Of a stretch of 20,000 nucleotides of DNA, positions 7,781 to 15,916 are shown one piece after another. The DNA lies in sequence record DRR723986_4205. One strand, written 5' to 3'. The position numbers were made by a program, and so were the translations under genes. Each line of letters begins with the position of its first letter. The first letter of the stretch is position 1. The notes under the pieces were generated by a model that saw only the letters and a list, made by a program, of their open reading frames with translations, had not been told where the DNA came from and searched no databases.

Positions 7781-8818
7781 TCATCGACCCAGCGGCAGGC
7801 CTTCCCAGCCGCCGGCTGCTAACAGTTCTCGCAACTGCCGGGGCCGGTAACTCGGGTCAAGCTCGTAACGGCGCTGCACGCTCGGGTGGATAAGGGTTGG
7901 CTTCCCGGGCACCAGCAGCTGCCGGTGCCGCGGCCGTTTGAGCCGGTAGACATGCCGTCGTGACCGATGCAGCGGGGCAAGCACACCGTCACTGAGCCCC
8001 GCCCTGAGATGGGGCTCCAGCTTGAGACCCGCAGCCTCGGCCTCGTCGAGCATCCATGCCAGGGCGGTATCAGACACCTCGGCACCGCTGACCGGGTCCG
8101 GGCCATAGCTCCCGCCAACGTCACCGTGTACACCGGCAAACCAGACCTGCTTCATGTCGATACCGGCCTGCGGCAACCAGACGGTGGGCTCGAAGTCCTC
8201 GCGCTGCTCGTCGATAGCCAGCGCGTGGCGCGCAACGTCGACGTTGCGCCCGGGCTTGGTGTCGTAAAATTCGTCGTGGCTCTCGAGCAGCCCCATCAGG
8301 CTGAAGGGAATGCCAAGCGCACCCACGGTATCCCAGACCCCGACAAAAGCCACACGCCGGCTACGCTGCGCATGCTGCCGCCGGAACTCCCGAGCCGCCT
8401 CTCCCCGAGGGCGGTTGTCATTACTCGGGCTCTTGTAAATCTCCCAGGCGCGCTGCACCAGCCGTGCATCTGGCCGGCGGACAATGCCACAGTTATTGAT
8501 CAGACCACAGAGCGCGCGCACGGTATAAGCGCCGCGACTGAAGCCAAACAGGAACAGGCGGTCGCCGGGCGCGAAATTCTGGACGATATAGCGGTAGCCA
8601 TCGAGGATATTCTTGTGCAGGCCGACACCGGTTGCGCCAGCGCTGAGTGCATTGTGATAGGAACCCAGGCCCCAATCGTAGAATACGTGCTGTTTGGTCC
8701 CGCCTGAACAGGGCGTTACTGCTCGCGCCAGCTTCAGCACATTGCTCGCATGGTCTTTCGCCAGATCCTCTTCCGGCCGGTTCCAGGTGCCGTCCGCGCA
8801 AATAACGATATTCGCCAA
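7781..8818 (-). CDS. DUF2235 alpha/beta hydrolase (Tle1 phospholipase-like domain)
   Basis: NIVICADGTWN, SNVLKL, nucleophile elbow GFSRGA, GVWDTVGALG, HALAIDEQR and WFAGVHGDVGG. Start reassigned to TTG 8818 after SD-like GAGGTGG. Confidence 0.9.
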   Translation of the reverse strand: MANIVICADGTWNRPEEDLAKDHASNVLKLARAVTPCSGGTKQHVFYDWGLGSYHNALSAGATGVGLHKNILDGYRYIVQNFAPGDRLFLFGFSRGAYTVRALCGLINNCGIVRRPDARLVQRAWEIYKSPSNDNRPRGEAAREFRRQHAQRSRRVAFVGVWDTVGALGIPFSLMGLLESHDEFYDTKPGRNVDVARHALAIDEQREDFEPTVWLPQAGIDMKQVWFAGVHGDVGGSYGPDPVSGAEVSDTALAWMLDEAEAAGLKLEPHLRAGLSDGVLAPLHRSRRHVYRLKRPRHRQLLVPGKPTLIHPSVQRRYELDPSYRPRQLRELLAAGGWEGLPLGR

Positions 8819-8931
8819 GATATCCACCTCATCCGATATGCTATTGAAAGAGTATAGACAGCAGCCTGCAAACATTATCGAACCTTCAGCCAGACCTGCA
8901 GTCAGACCAACACTCACTTCCCGGAGGCAAC

Positions 8932-9516
8932 ATGCGATTCTCCCTGATTATTAGCCTGCTTATCCTTGCCCTGGGCCAACCGGCCCGCGCTGCCACGGAA
9001 CAGGCGATCTTTGCCGGTGGCTGCTTCTGGTGCATGGAGTCCGCCTACCAGGAAATGACAGGCGTTGTGGACGTGGTATCCGGTTTTACCGGTGGCGAAC
9101 TGCCCAACCCGACCTACAAGGGCGATCACTCAGGGCACTACGAAGCGGTTCTGGTTACCTACGACCCTGCGCTTATCAGCTACCAGGACTTGCTGGATCA
9201 CTACTGGGTCAATGTCGATCCCTTCGACGGCGGCGGCCAGTTCTGCGATCGCGGCGCGAGCTACCGCGCAGCGATCTTCGTTGCGGGCGAACAGCAGCGC
9301 GAGCTCGCCGAAAGCTCAAGGAGCGGCGTTGTCGAACGGTTTCCAGGCCAAGCCGTCGTCACCGAAATTCTCGCGGCCAATCGCTTCTGGCCAGTGGAGG
9401 ACTACCACCAGGACTATTACCTGAAGAACCCGGTGCGCTACAAGTACTACCGCTGGAACTGCGGCCGCGACCAGCGCCTGGAGCAGGTCTGGGGGCAAAG
9501 CGCCCAGGGGCACTGA
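8932..9516 (+). CDS. msrA: Peptide-methionine (S)-S-oxide reductase MsrA with N-terminal signal peptide
   Basis: Active-site AGGCFWC, GHYEAV, GGQFCDRG.SYR.AIF and EDYHQDYY.KNP. SD GGAGG upstream; Sec-type signal MRFSLIISLLILALGQPARA. Confidence 0.95.
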   Translation: MRFSLIISLLILALGQPARAATEQAIFAGGCFWCMESAYQEMTGVVDVVSGFTGGELPNPTYKGDHSGHYEAVLVTYDPALISYQDLLDHYWVNVDPFDGGGQFCDRGASYRAAIFVAGEQQRELAESSRSGVVERFPGQAVVTEILAANRFWPVEDYHQDYYLKNPVRYKYYRWNCGRDQRLEQVWGQSAQGH

Positions 9517-9579
9517 GCCCAGCGCGACAAATCTCGGGGGTGGCGTGTATAGTCATTGTTTTTTGCCCAGAGACCAACG

Positions 9580-11025
9580 ATGACCAGATTCCTGCTGCTG
9601 ACCCTGCTGCTCGCCGGGCAGGCGATCACCCCGGCACATGCGGCCTTTGACTACTTCGGCGCCAACCGGCAGCTGATCCGCAATGGGGTGCAAGCGGTAC
9701 TCACCTGTAACGGTCTGTTCACCTCACATCGCAGCCTGGCGCAGATCTTCGCGCAGGAGTTGCCCTATCTTGGGGAGCATGTACTCGGTGATCCGGAGGG
9801 AGGCAATTACCAGGTCAATACCGGTGACCGCATCGTAGCGGTCGGAGGCGGCACTGACGGTCCGACGGTAAGGGCCGCGTTCCGCGAGGGAATCGGCTGC
9901 ATTGTCATGGCGCCCGATATGGCGGATGACGCGGTACCGTCGCTACCAGAACTCACTTTGCCCTACCCCGTGCAAGACCCCGCAACCCTGCCCTGGCCCG
10001 ATGGCGACCTGCTGCCCGAACAGGGATTGGCGTCGGACATTGATCCCGACGCACTGGCCGCGGCCTCGGACTGGGCATTCCAGCGTGACACGCCGGAGCA
10101 GGATACCCTGAGCCTGCTGGTTGTGCATCGCGGGCAGCTGGTTCACGAACGCTATGCGCCGGGCATTACGATGCACACGCGCACCCGAACCTGGTCCACT
10201 GCAAAGAGTATCGCCGCGACTCTGATCGGCATGCAGGTCGATGCGGGCGCCCTCAAGCTGGACGCGCCCCTGGCGGTAAACTGGCTGCCTGAACTGGGCG
10301 CTACAGAGCGTGATCCGCGCTCGGATATCACCTTGCGCCACGTGCTGAATATGTCCAGCGGCCTGTACCCCGTCGACAGCTTCGGCATGGAGTATGCGAC
10401 CGGCTCCGGGCTGGCCTACTGGGCGGGAGCCAGCTCTACGGTAGGGATGCGTGATCGCGGACTGGTCCGCGAGCCGGGCTCGTTCTTCGATTACGAAAAC
10501 TATGACACGCTGTTGGCAGTTTATGCGCTAAAACAATCGCTGCCGGACGAGCAGAGCTATCGCGAGTTTCCGCGTCGACGACTGTTTGACAAAATTGGCA
10601 TGCGCAGCACGCTGGCCAGCACAGACCGCTTCGGCGATTTTATCTTCAGCAGCCAGGTCTACACGAATGCCCGTGATCTCGCTCGCTTCGGCCTCCTATA
10701 CCTGAACGAGGGCCGCTGGGGTGGCGAACAACTGATATCAAAAAACTGGATCGATTTCGTGCGTACGCCCGCCCCCGCTTCCGCGGTGCGCGGCAATGAC
10801 TATGGCGGCCAATGGTGGCTGGTGCCCGATGCACGGAAAGGCGAGGTGCCCGAGGATGCTTACAGTACTGCCGGCAACCGCGGGCAATACGTTATCGTCG
10901 TTCCTTCACATGAACTGGTCATCGTGCGCAGGGGGCTGGACTACGGCAAGCAGGGCTTCGATCGCTGGCGTCTCCTCCAGGAGGTGCTCAAGGCATTCCC
11001 GCAAGCTGCCGGGGATCGTAACTGA
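9580..11025 (+). CDS. Exported serine hydrolase, beta-lactamase class C / penicillin-binding-protein-like family
   Basis: SxxK (WSTAKS), LLxMxSG-like VLNMSSGL, YxN (YENYDT), ARDLARFGLLYL..G.W and GNRGQY. Signal peptide from ATG 9580 (MTRFLLLTLLLAGQAITPAHA). Confidence 0.9.
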   Translation: MTRFLLLTLLLAGQAITPAHAAFDYFGANRQLIRNGVQAVLTCNGLFTSHRSLAQIFAQELPYLGEHVLGDPEGGNYQVNTGDRIVAVGGGTDGPTVRAAFREGIGCIVMAPDMADDAVPSLPELTLPYPVQDPATLPWPDGDLLPEQGLASDIDPDALAAASDWAFQRDTPEQDTLSLLVVHRGQLVHERYAPGITMHTRTRTWSTAKSIAATLIGMQVDAGALKLDAPLAVNWLPELGATERDPRSDITLRHVLNMSSGLYPVDSFGMEYATGSGLAYWAGASSTVGMRDRGLVREPGSFFDYENYDTLLAVYALKQSLPDEQSYREFPRRRLFDKIGMRSTLASTDRFGDFIFSSQVYTNARDLARFGLLYLNEGRWGGEQLISKNWIDFVRTPAPASAVRGNDYGGQWWLVPDARKGEVPEDAYSTAGNRGQYVIVVPSHELVIVRRGLDYGKQGFDRWRLLQEVLKAFPQAAGDRN

Positions 11026-12199
11026 TCCGGTAGACAAGGCCATTGAAATCGTCGGACACCAGCATGGCGCCGTCCGGCGCCCACTCGATATCCACCGGGC
11101 GGCCCCAGAACGTGTTATCGCCGGTAAGCCAGCCCTCGGCGAACACCTGGTAATCAACGGCCCTGCCCTGCTCCATCACCACCCGGAATATTTTGTAACC
11201 GTCAGGTATTTCCCGGTTCCAGGACCCGTGTGAGGCGATAAACAGGTCGCCGCTGTATTCGTCCGGGAACTGGGTTCCCGTGTAGAAGCGCATGCCGAGC
11301 AGCGCGTTATGGGCGGGAAATTCCAGCGCGGCGGGGCTGAAGGCATCGTCATCCAGACTGCTGGTGAAACTGTCATCGACCAGTTGCTTGCCGTAGCGAT
11401 AGGGATAGCCAAAATGCAATCCGGCCTTAGGGGCATGGTTCAGCTCTTCCGGCGGCGTGTCCTCACCCCAGAGATCGCGGCCATTGTCGGTAAACCACAA
11501 GTCACCCGTTGCGGGATCCCAGTCGAAACCCACCGAGTTGCGGACGCCCTCGGCGTAGACCCGCTTATCGGAGCCATCCGCATTCATTGAAACGATAGTG
11601 CCCTGCCCGTCTTCCGGCTCGCAGATATTACACGGCGCACCAACCGGCACGTAGAGGCGAGCATCGGGGCCGAAGCGCAGGTACTTCCAGCCATGGTGGT
11701 ATTCGTCGGGGAAGGTATCGTTGACCACAACCGGTTCCGGGGGCTGCTGCAGCTGCGCCTCGATATCATCCAGGCGAATGACCCGGTGCACCTCGGCGAC
11801 ATAGAGGTCACCATCCCTCAGGGCGACCCCGTTGGGCACGTTCAGGCCCTGGGCGATCACCCGAACCTCGTCCCCCACTCCGTCGCCATCAGGATTGCTT
11901 ACCGCGTAAACCACACCTGGCTTCTCCCGCTTGCGATTGGAGCGCGTGCCCAGGAACAGGGTGCCGCTGTCACTGATCGCCATGGAGCGAGCTCCCTCCA
12001 GGCCATCGCGATAAATGCTGATCGAAAAGCCCGCCGGCAGGCTGATCCGGTCAAGGTAACTGGCAGGATCAACCTCAAGCGGAAAATAGCCCACCTTCGC
12101 CTTGGGCACCGGTTCGCTGGCCTCCTCCTCTGCCAGGGCAGCCATGATGGTGGCAAGTACTAGCGCCAGGAAAGGTATCAGGCTGGTCGCGGGTCGCAT
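10988..12199 (-). CDS. Glucose/sorbosone dehydrogenase family (PQQ-dependent sugar dehydrogenase, beta-propeller), exported
   Basis: LPAGFSISIY, ARSMA, HHGWKYLRFGPD..LYVPVGAPCNIC, GVRNSVGFDW, DNGRD, HGSWNR and GRPVD....PDGAMLVSDD. Start reassigned to ATG 12199 (MRPATSLIPFLALVLA…, signal peptide) after GGAGA. Confidence 0.92.
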   Translation of the reverse strand: MRPATSLIPFLALVLATIMAALAEEEASEPVPKAKVGYFPLEVDPASYLDRISLPAGFSISIYRDGLEGARSMAISDSGTLFLGTRSNRKREKPGVVYAVSNPDGDGVGDEVRVIAQGLNVPNGVALRDGDLYVAEVHRVIRLDDIEAQLQQPPEPVVVNDTFPDEYHHGWKYLRFGPDARLYVPVGAPCNICEPEDGQGTIVSMNADGSDKRVYAEGVRNSVGFDWDPATGDLWFTDNGRDLWGEDTPPEELNHAPKAGLHFGYPYRYGKQLVDDSFTSSLDDDAFSPAALEFPAHNALLGMRFYTGTQFPDEYSGDLFIASHGSWNREIPDGYKIFRVVMEQGRAVDYQVFAEGWLTGDNTFWGRPVDIEWAPDGAMLVSDDFNGLVYRISYDPRQLAGMP

Positions 12200-12261
12200 T
12201 CTTCGTCTCCGGTTTATCTGTGGGTCACAAGGTCGGATACGCGGCTGACCCGGTCTGCAGA

Positions 12262-13365
12262 TCAAAGCGAATCGAACTTGACCACCCGTGCCGCAACCGG
12301 CGGGTGTTCGCTGGCACCGATCCAGCGCCAGCACAGGGTGCCGCGGTTGTGCCCGGCGGTTTCAACCCAGTTCGAATGCGCCGGCTTCTGGTGCGACACC
12401 ACGATCTTCACGCTGCCGTCATCCTCATAGGTGGCGGTGTGCTTATTGAAATGGATGTTGTGATAGCGATAGTCCAGTGATTCCATCCACCAGTTCTGCA
12501 GCACGAAATTCCAGGTCTGGCACTCGGGGATGTGGTCCGCCTCAATCACCAGAGCCTCATCGTCCGCCAGCTCCCAGGCACTGTGGAAGTAGTAGATGTT
12601 CGGGTCTCCGCCAATTGCCTGGCAGAACGCCTGGTCGGCGGGAGCCACCTGGTTGGTGGTGGGCAGGAAACCCTCGGCCCAGCCCTCGAACAGGCCGGTA
12701 GTATTGCGCAGGAACTGCACCGCACCCTGCAGCGCCTTATCCAGCTTCTCCGGGTTGAGCGGCTCCGGGCGCTCCGTCTCGGCTCCAATACGTTCGATCC
12801 GAATCTCGGCACGCTGCTCCTGCTTGCGATCCTGGAAGGTCTGGCGCACGTTGAGGGAATTGGTTTCCGGACCCATGCGCAGCCAATTGCCCGGTTGCTC
12901 GCGCTGGCTGACAATAATTTCGATTTCGCCGTTGGGCCCGATATCCATGTCCATGGAATCCAGGAAGCCATCGGTCTTCATCCCGCCGCCCGAACTGTAG
13001 CGATTGATCACGGTGCCGAAGCCCAGGTAGTCCACGGTGCCGCGGGTACCGCTTATCCGGTAATCGTACTCGGGATTGATCGGCGCACTCTGGTAATAGT
13101 TATCCGGGTTATCTGCGCCCATCTTGATGGTTTCGTGTACCGGGCAACGCAGTTCCGGGAACGCCGAGTCACCCGCCTCCAGGAAACTTTCAAGGCCAGC
13201 CCGCAACATACGCGCCAGATAGCGATATCCCTCTGCACGATCGAAAGCATTGTCCGGGGCCTTGTCGGCAAACACCAGCTGCCCCGCCTCCCTGAGGCTG
13301 TCGCAAAAGTCTTCCCATACCTGTCCATTCATTACCCGCTGTTCAGCGGTTTGCGGATCTCCCAT
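12262..13365 (-). CDS. DUF1214-domain protein (resembles the mycobacterial Rv3531c family)
   Basis: AEGYRYL, KMGADNPDNYY, YRISGTRGT, W..ESLDYR.H, DGSVKIVVSH and NWVETAGH..G.LCWRW. ATG 13365 lies 8 nt after GAGGAG; GTG 13374 is an alternative start. Confidence 0.82.
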   Translation of the reverse strand: MGDPQTAEQRVMNGQVWEDFCDSLREAGQLVFADKAPDNAFDRAEGYRYLARMLRAGLESFLEAGDSAFPELRCPVHETIKMGADNPDNYYQSAPINPEYDYRISGTRGTVDYLGFGTVINRYSSGGGMKTDGFLDSMDMDIGPNGEIEIIVSQREQPGNWLRMGPETNSLNVRQTFQDRKQEQRAEIRIERIGAETERPEPLNPEKLDKALQGAVQFLRNTTGLFEGWAEGFLPTTNQVAPADQAFCQAIGGDPNIYYFHSAWELADDEALVIEADHIPECQTWNFVLQNWWMESLDYRYHNIHFNKHTATYEDDGSVKIVVSHQKPAHSNWVETAGHNRGTLCWRWIGASEHPPVAARVVKFDSL

Positions 13366-13370
13366 CTCAC

Positions 13371-14537
13371 TCACTCCTCTGCATCCATCGTCAGTCCATA
13401 GCGCTGTACGTAATCGCCGAACAGCTGTTCAACCTCTTCTCGCGCAATACCGTAATCCTCAAGCCGGTATTGGTGTTGTCCATGCTTGCCCTTTGGGTGC
13501 TCGGCCAACCACTGCTCCATGGCCCCGCGTGCAGTGGGCGCCAGCGGTTCTCCGCGGGCCGCGTAAATGGCACTGATGCCCGGCCAGGGATCGCGGACAA
13601 AATCGTCGTGCTGCAGGTCAATGAACTGACCCGGGTGACGCGGTTCAAGACGCGCGCGATCCGCTTCGAAAGTACGGGTATACACGGTCAGCATATCCAT
13701 CCAGTCCCGGCCTATCTCCGCCCGGTCGATCTGGTCACTGCCGCTGCGGCGCAATAGCTCACTGAAACTGCAACCCGAAGCAACGAAACTCAACGGTGCC
13801 CGGTGGGTCTGCACAATGATGGCATCGGGATACAGGCGCAGAATTTCAGCGAGGCCCAGTTGGTGGAACGGCGCCTTCAGCACCCAGCGCCCGGGGTGAC
13901 GGGACTGCAGCAACTGGAGCTGGGTACGGTGATAGTCGTAGCTGCCGCTTGCGCACAGGTTCGCATACAGCCAATTGGCATAATCCGGAATGTGGAACAG
14001 GGCCGAATATTCCACCGACATGAAATTCCGATTGAGCAGCATGTAGCACTCATCCGGTTCCTCCGCCTCAATAAGGTGGGTCGTCAGGAATCCCGGCAGG
14101 AACTGCTCGGTTAACGCCACACCCTGGCGCTGCTGCTCAATACGCGGGTCGGTGCCGTAGCTTGCAGTCTCAGGCGGCGGCACCGGGTTCTGGGCCTCCC
14201 ACAAGCGCAATGTGCGATTGGCAGGATCCTGGTTGAGCATATGGTGCAGGGCTGTGGTGCCGGTGCGCGGCAGACCGATGATAAACACCGGCCGCTCGAT
14301 CCGTTCCTGCAAAACCTCGGGATGCTTGCTCAGGTAATCCTGGATTTTGAGACGGTTTACCAGACCAGCGTTGATGGTCATGCGGGCCCGCAGCACACCG
14401 AAATCATTCAATCGCGCTTGCGATTCGAGAGCGCGCAGCAGACGCTGCAACGGTTCACGAAAATCATCACTGCCAAAATCCGCAAGCCCGGTTTCCTCGG
14501 CTGCAGCGGCCAGCAACTCTTCGATGGTAAATAACAC
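13371..14537 (-). CDS. PAPS-dependent sulfotransferase (Sulfotransfer_3 family)
   Basis: 5'-PSB loop FIIGLPRTGTTALH, WVLKAPFH, 3'-PB region THRAP..FVASGCS and C-terminal KHG.H.Y.LEDYG. GTG start. Confidence 0.92.
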   Translation of the reverse strand: MLFTIEELLAAAAEETGLADFGSDDFREPLQRLLRALESQARLNDFGVLRARMTINAGLVNRLKIQDYLSKHPEVLQERIERPVFIIGLPRTGTTALHHMLNQDPANRTLRLWEAQNPVPPPETASYGTDPRIEQQRQGVALTEQFLPGFLTTHLIEAEEPDECYMLLNRNFMSVEYSALFHIPDYANWLYANLCASGSYDYHRTQLQLLQSRHPGRWVLKAPFHQLGLAEILRLYPDAIIVQTHRAPLSFVASGCSFSELLRRSGSDQIDRAEIGRDWMDMLTVYTRTFEADRARLEPRHPGQFIDLQHDDFVRDPWPGISAIYAARGEPLAPTARGAMEQWLAEHPKGKHGQHQYRLEDYGIAREEVEQLFGDYVQRYGLTMDAEE

Positions 14538-14568
14538 GGCAAAGCGTCCCGATCATTGAGCAGCGCCA

Positions 14569-14598
14569 AGCCTAGAATGGATACCTGCCAGCACACAA
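14569..14598 (-). promoter_or_regulatory. Possible promoter for the sulfotransferase-DUF1214 unit
   Basis: Minus-strand TTGTGT-N18-TAGGCT about 30 nt upstream of GTG 14537. Confidence 0.3.
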
Positions 14599-14718
14599 GA
14601 CGCGAGCTGCGGGGCCGGACGAAATCAGGGCCCGGCAGGCCGTGGGTTCAACAAGAGATACCGCCGCTACGAGACCGCGGGGATTTAACAGGGAATCGTG
14701 ACAGCCAGGGTCCCGGCA

Positions 14719-15138
14719 TCACGCCATGGAATAATCGGACCAGCGGCGGCCGCGGGCTGCGCGGCGATCTTCTCCCGATTCCAGGGCATACAGCTCTGAC
14801 TTTAGCCCCGGCGGACCACGCCGTTCGTGGTCTTCGTCACGCCGGTCCTGGTGGCGGATATAGCCGCACTTGCAGCTTTCGAGATCACACTCAGACAATG
14901 GCAGGCGCGGCGCTTCCGGGACCAGGAACTTCCTGCCTTCCATCGTCGCTGCGGGCTGGCAACAACTGCGGGGGGTCATGATGGATACGGCCTGATAGGG
15001 TGCTCGCGCAGCCTGGCGTTTCGCGCCCGCGGGACGCGACGCCGGGGAGCGGGCAAGGGGTCTATCGGCAGGCCGCCTTCGTAACAGCCATACACCCGCA
15101 CCAATAACCAGCACGACGATTGCAATGACCACTTCCAT
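14719..15138 (-). CDS. Hypothetical N-terminally membrane-anchored Cys-rich protein
   Basis: 139 aa with a strong SD (GGGAGGGA). N-terminal TM (MEVVIAIVVLVIGAGVWLL) followed by RRR, a Cys cluster SCC…PRLPLSECDLESCKCGY and an Arg/Asp-rich tail. Confidence 0.8.
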   Translation of the reverse strand: MEVVIAIVVLVIGAGVWLLRRRPADRPLARSPASRPAGAKRQAARAPYQAVSIMTPRSCCQPAATMEGRKFLVPEAPRLPLSECDLESCKCGYIRHQDRRDEDHERRGPPGLKSELYALESGEDRRAARGRRWSDYSMA

Positions 15139-15191
15139 GACTGAATCCCTCCCTGGCGCCTCGCACCAGATTGCTCAACCAGGCTGAAACC

Positions 15192-15220
15192 AGTTTATGC
15201 GTGATAGATTGCTTCTACAA
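15192..15220 (-). promoter_or_regulatory. Putative sigma70 promoter for the Cys-rich hypothetical gene
   Basis: Minus-strand TTGTAG-N17-TAAACT in an AT-richer intergenic patch, about 55 nt upstream of ATG 15138. Confidence 0.5.
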
Positions 15221-15256
15221 GTTGACCTGCCCGCCGCCGCGGTTGCGGGCCAGGCG

Positions 15257-15916
15257 CTAGAGCAGTCGACCGAGGGAAAACCGTTCGCCTCCCGCACGCC
15301 GACGAGCGTGGGCCAACAACAGCTCCGCCGTGGCCAGTGCATCCACCAGAGCGTTATGGGCGGGATACGGCGGCAGGCCGTAACGATCACGGCAAGCCTG
15401 CAGGCGCAGGTCCCCCGGCTGGATCGGCAAGTCCCTGCGCCGCAACAGGCGCTCCTCGAGCGCGAGCGTGTCCGCCGTGGGTAACAACAGCGGCGAGCGG
15501 TAGAGCTCGCGGCTGGCCCGATTCAGGAATGCCATATCCAGAAACGCATTGTGGAACACCAGCACCCTGCCCCGGGCCGCTTCCAGGAAGCGCTCCATTA
15601 CCGCTGCCAGCGGCGCAGCGTCCAGCAACTCGCAATCGCGCAACTGGTGAATCGTGGCACTCTGGCCAACTGAGCCTTCCGCCCGGATCAGGAAGTGACG
15701 GGCACTGGCCAACGCGATGCCGCCTTGGTCAACGGCAACCCAGCCCAGGCTGAGCAGCTCACCCTGATCGGGGTCCAGCGATGACATCTCCGCGTCGCAC
15801 ACCAGAAAGGATGCCTGGCGCCAGTCGCTGCCAGTGGACGGCAAGGGCTGCCGCCAACAGCGTTGCAGGGGGCTGCCTGCTACCCGGGCCTGGCGGTGCA
15901 GCCACAGCCGCCACAT
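15257..15916 (-). CDS. Stand-alone DEDDh 3'-5' exonuclease (DNA Pol III epsilon-like / RNase T family)
   Basis: ExoI DAEMS, ExoII HNAFLD and ExoIII HNALVDA. ATG 15916 overlaps the upstream stop (TGATG). Confidence 0.9.
   Translation of the reverse strand: MWRLWLHRQARVAGSPLQRCWRQPLPSTGSDWRQASFLVCDAEMSSLDPDQGELLSLGWVAVDQGGIALASARHFLIRAEGSVGQSATIHQLRDCELLDAAPLAAVMERFLEAARGRVLVFHNAFLDMAFLNRASRELYRSPLLLPTADTLALEERLLRRRDLPIQPGDLRLQACRDRYGLPPYPAHNALVDALATAELLLAHARRRAGGERFSLGRLL

Noticed and set aside
9580-11025. Beta-lactamase / antibiotic resistance gene
   Set aside because: SxxK and YxN are shared by many esterases and amidases. The long N-terminal extension, lack of a KTG motif and lack of mobile context argue against AmpC.
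12222-12251. REP-like inverted repeat (GGGTCA…TGACCC)
   Set aside because: Short, single copy, and no second instance found in the window.
14538-14718. Riboswitch or sRNA in the 180-nt gap (GGGACGC resembles part of c-di-GMP-I)
   Set aside because: The other GEMM elements (GGCAAACC…GAAA, GCAAAGC and the second stem) are not in the right order, and GGGA is probably just the SD. An Infernal/Rfam scan would settle it.
15226-15254. Hairpin after the exonuclease gene as a terminator
   Set aside because: A GC stem (GCCCGC/GCGGGC) is present but there is no U-tract, and such stems are expected by chance at this GC content.
15257-15916. Calling the exonuclease dnaQ (replicative proofreading subunit)
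   Set aside because: It ends shortly after ExoIII with no C-terminal alpha-binding extension, has an extra N-terminal segment, and is coupled to a DUF294 gene.
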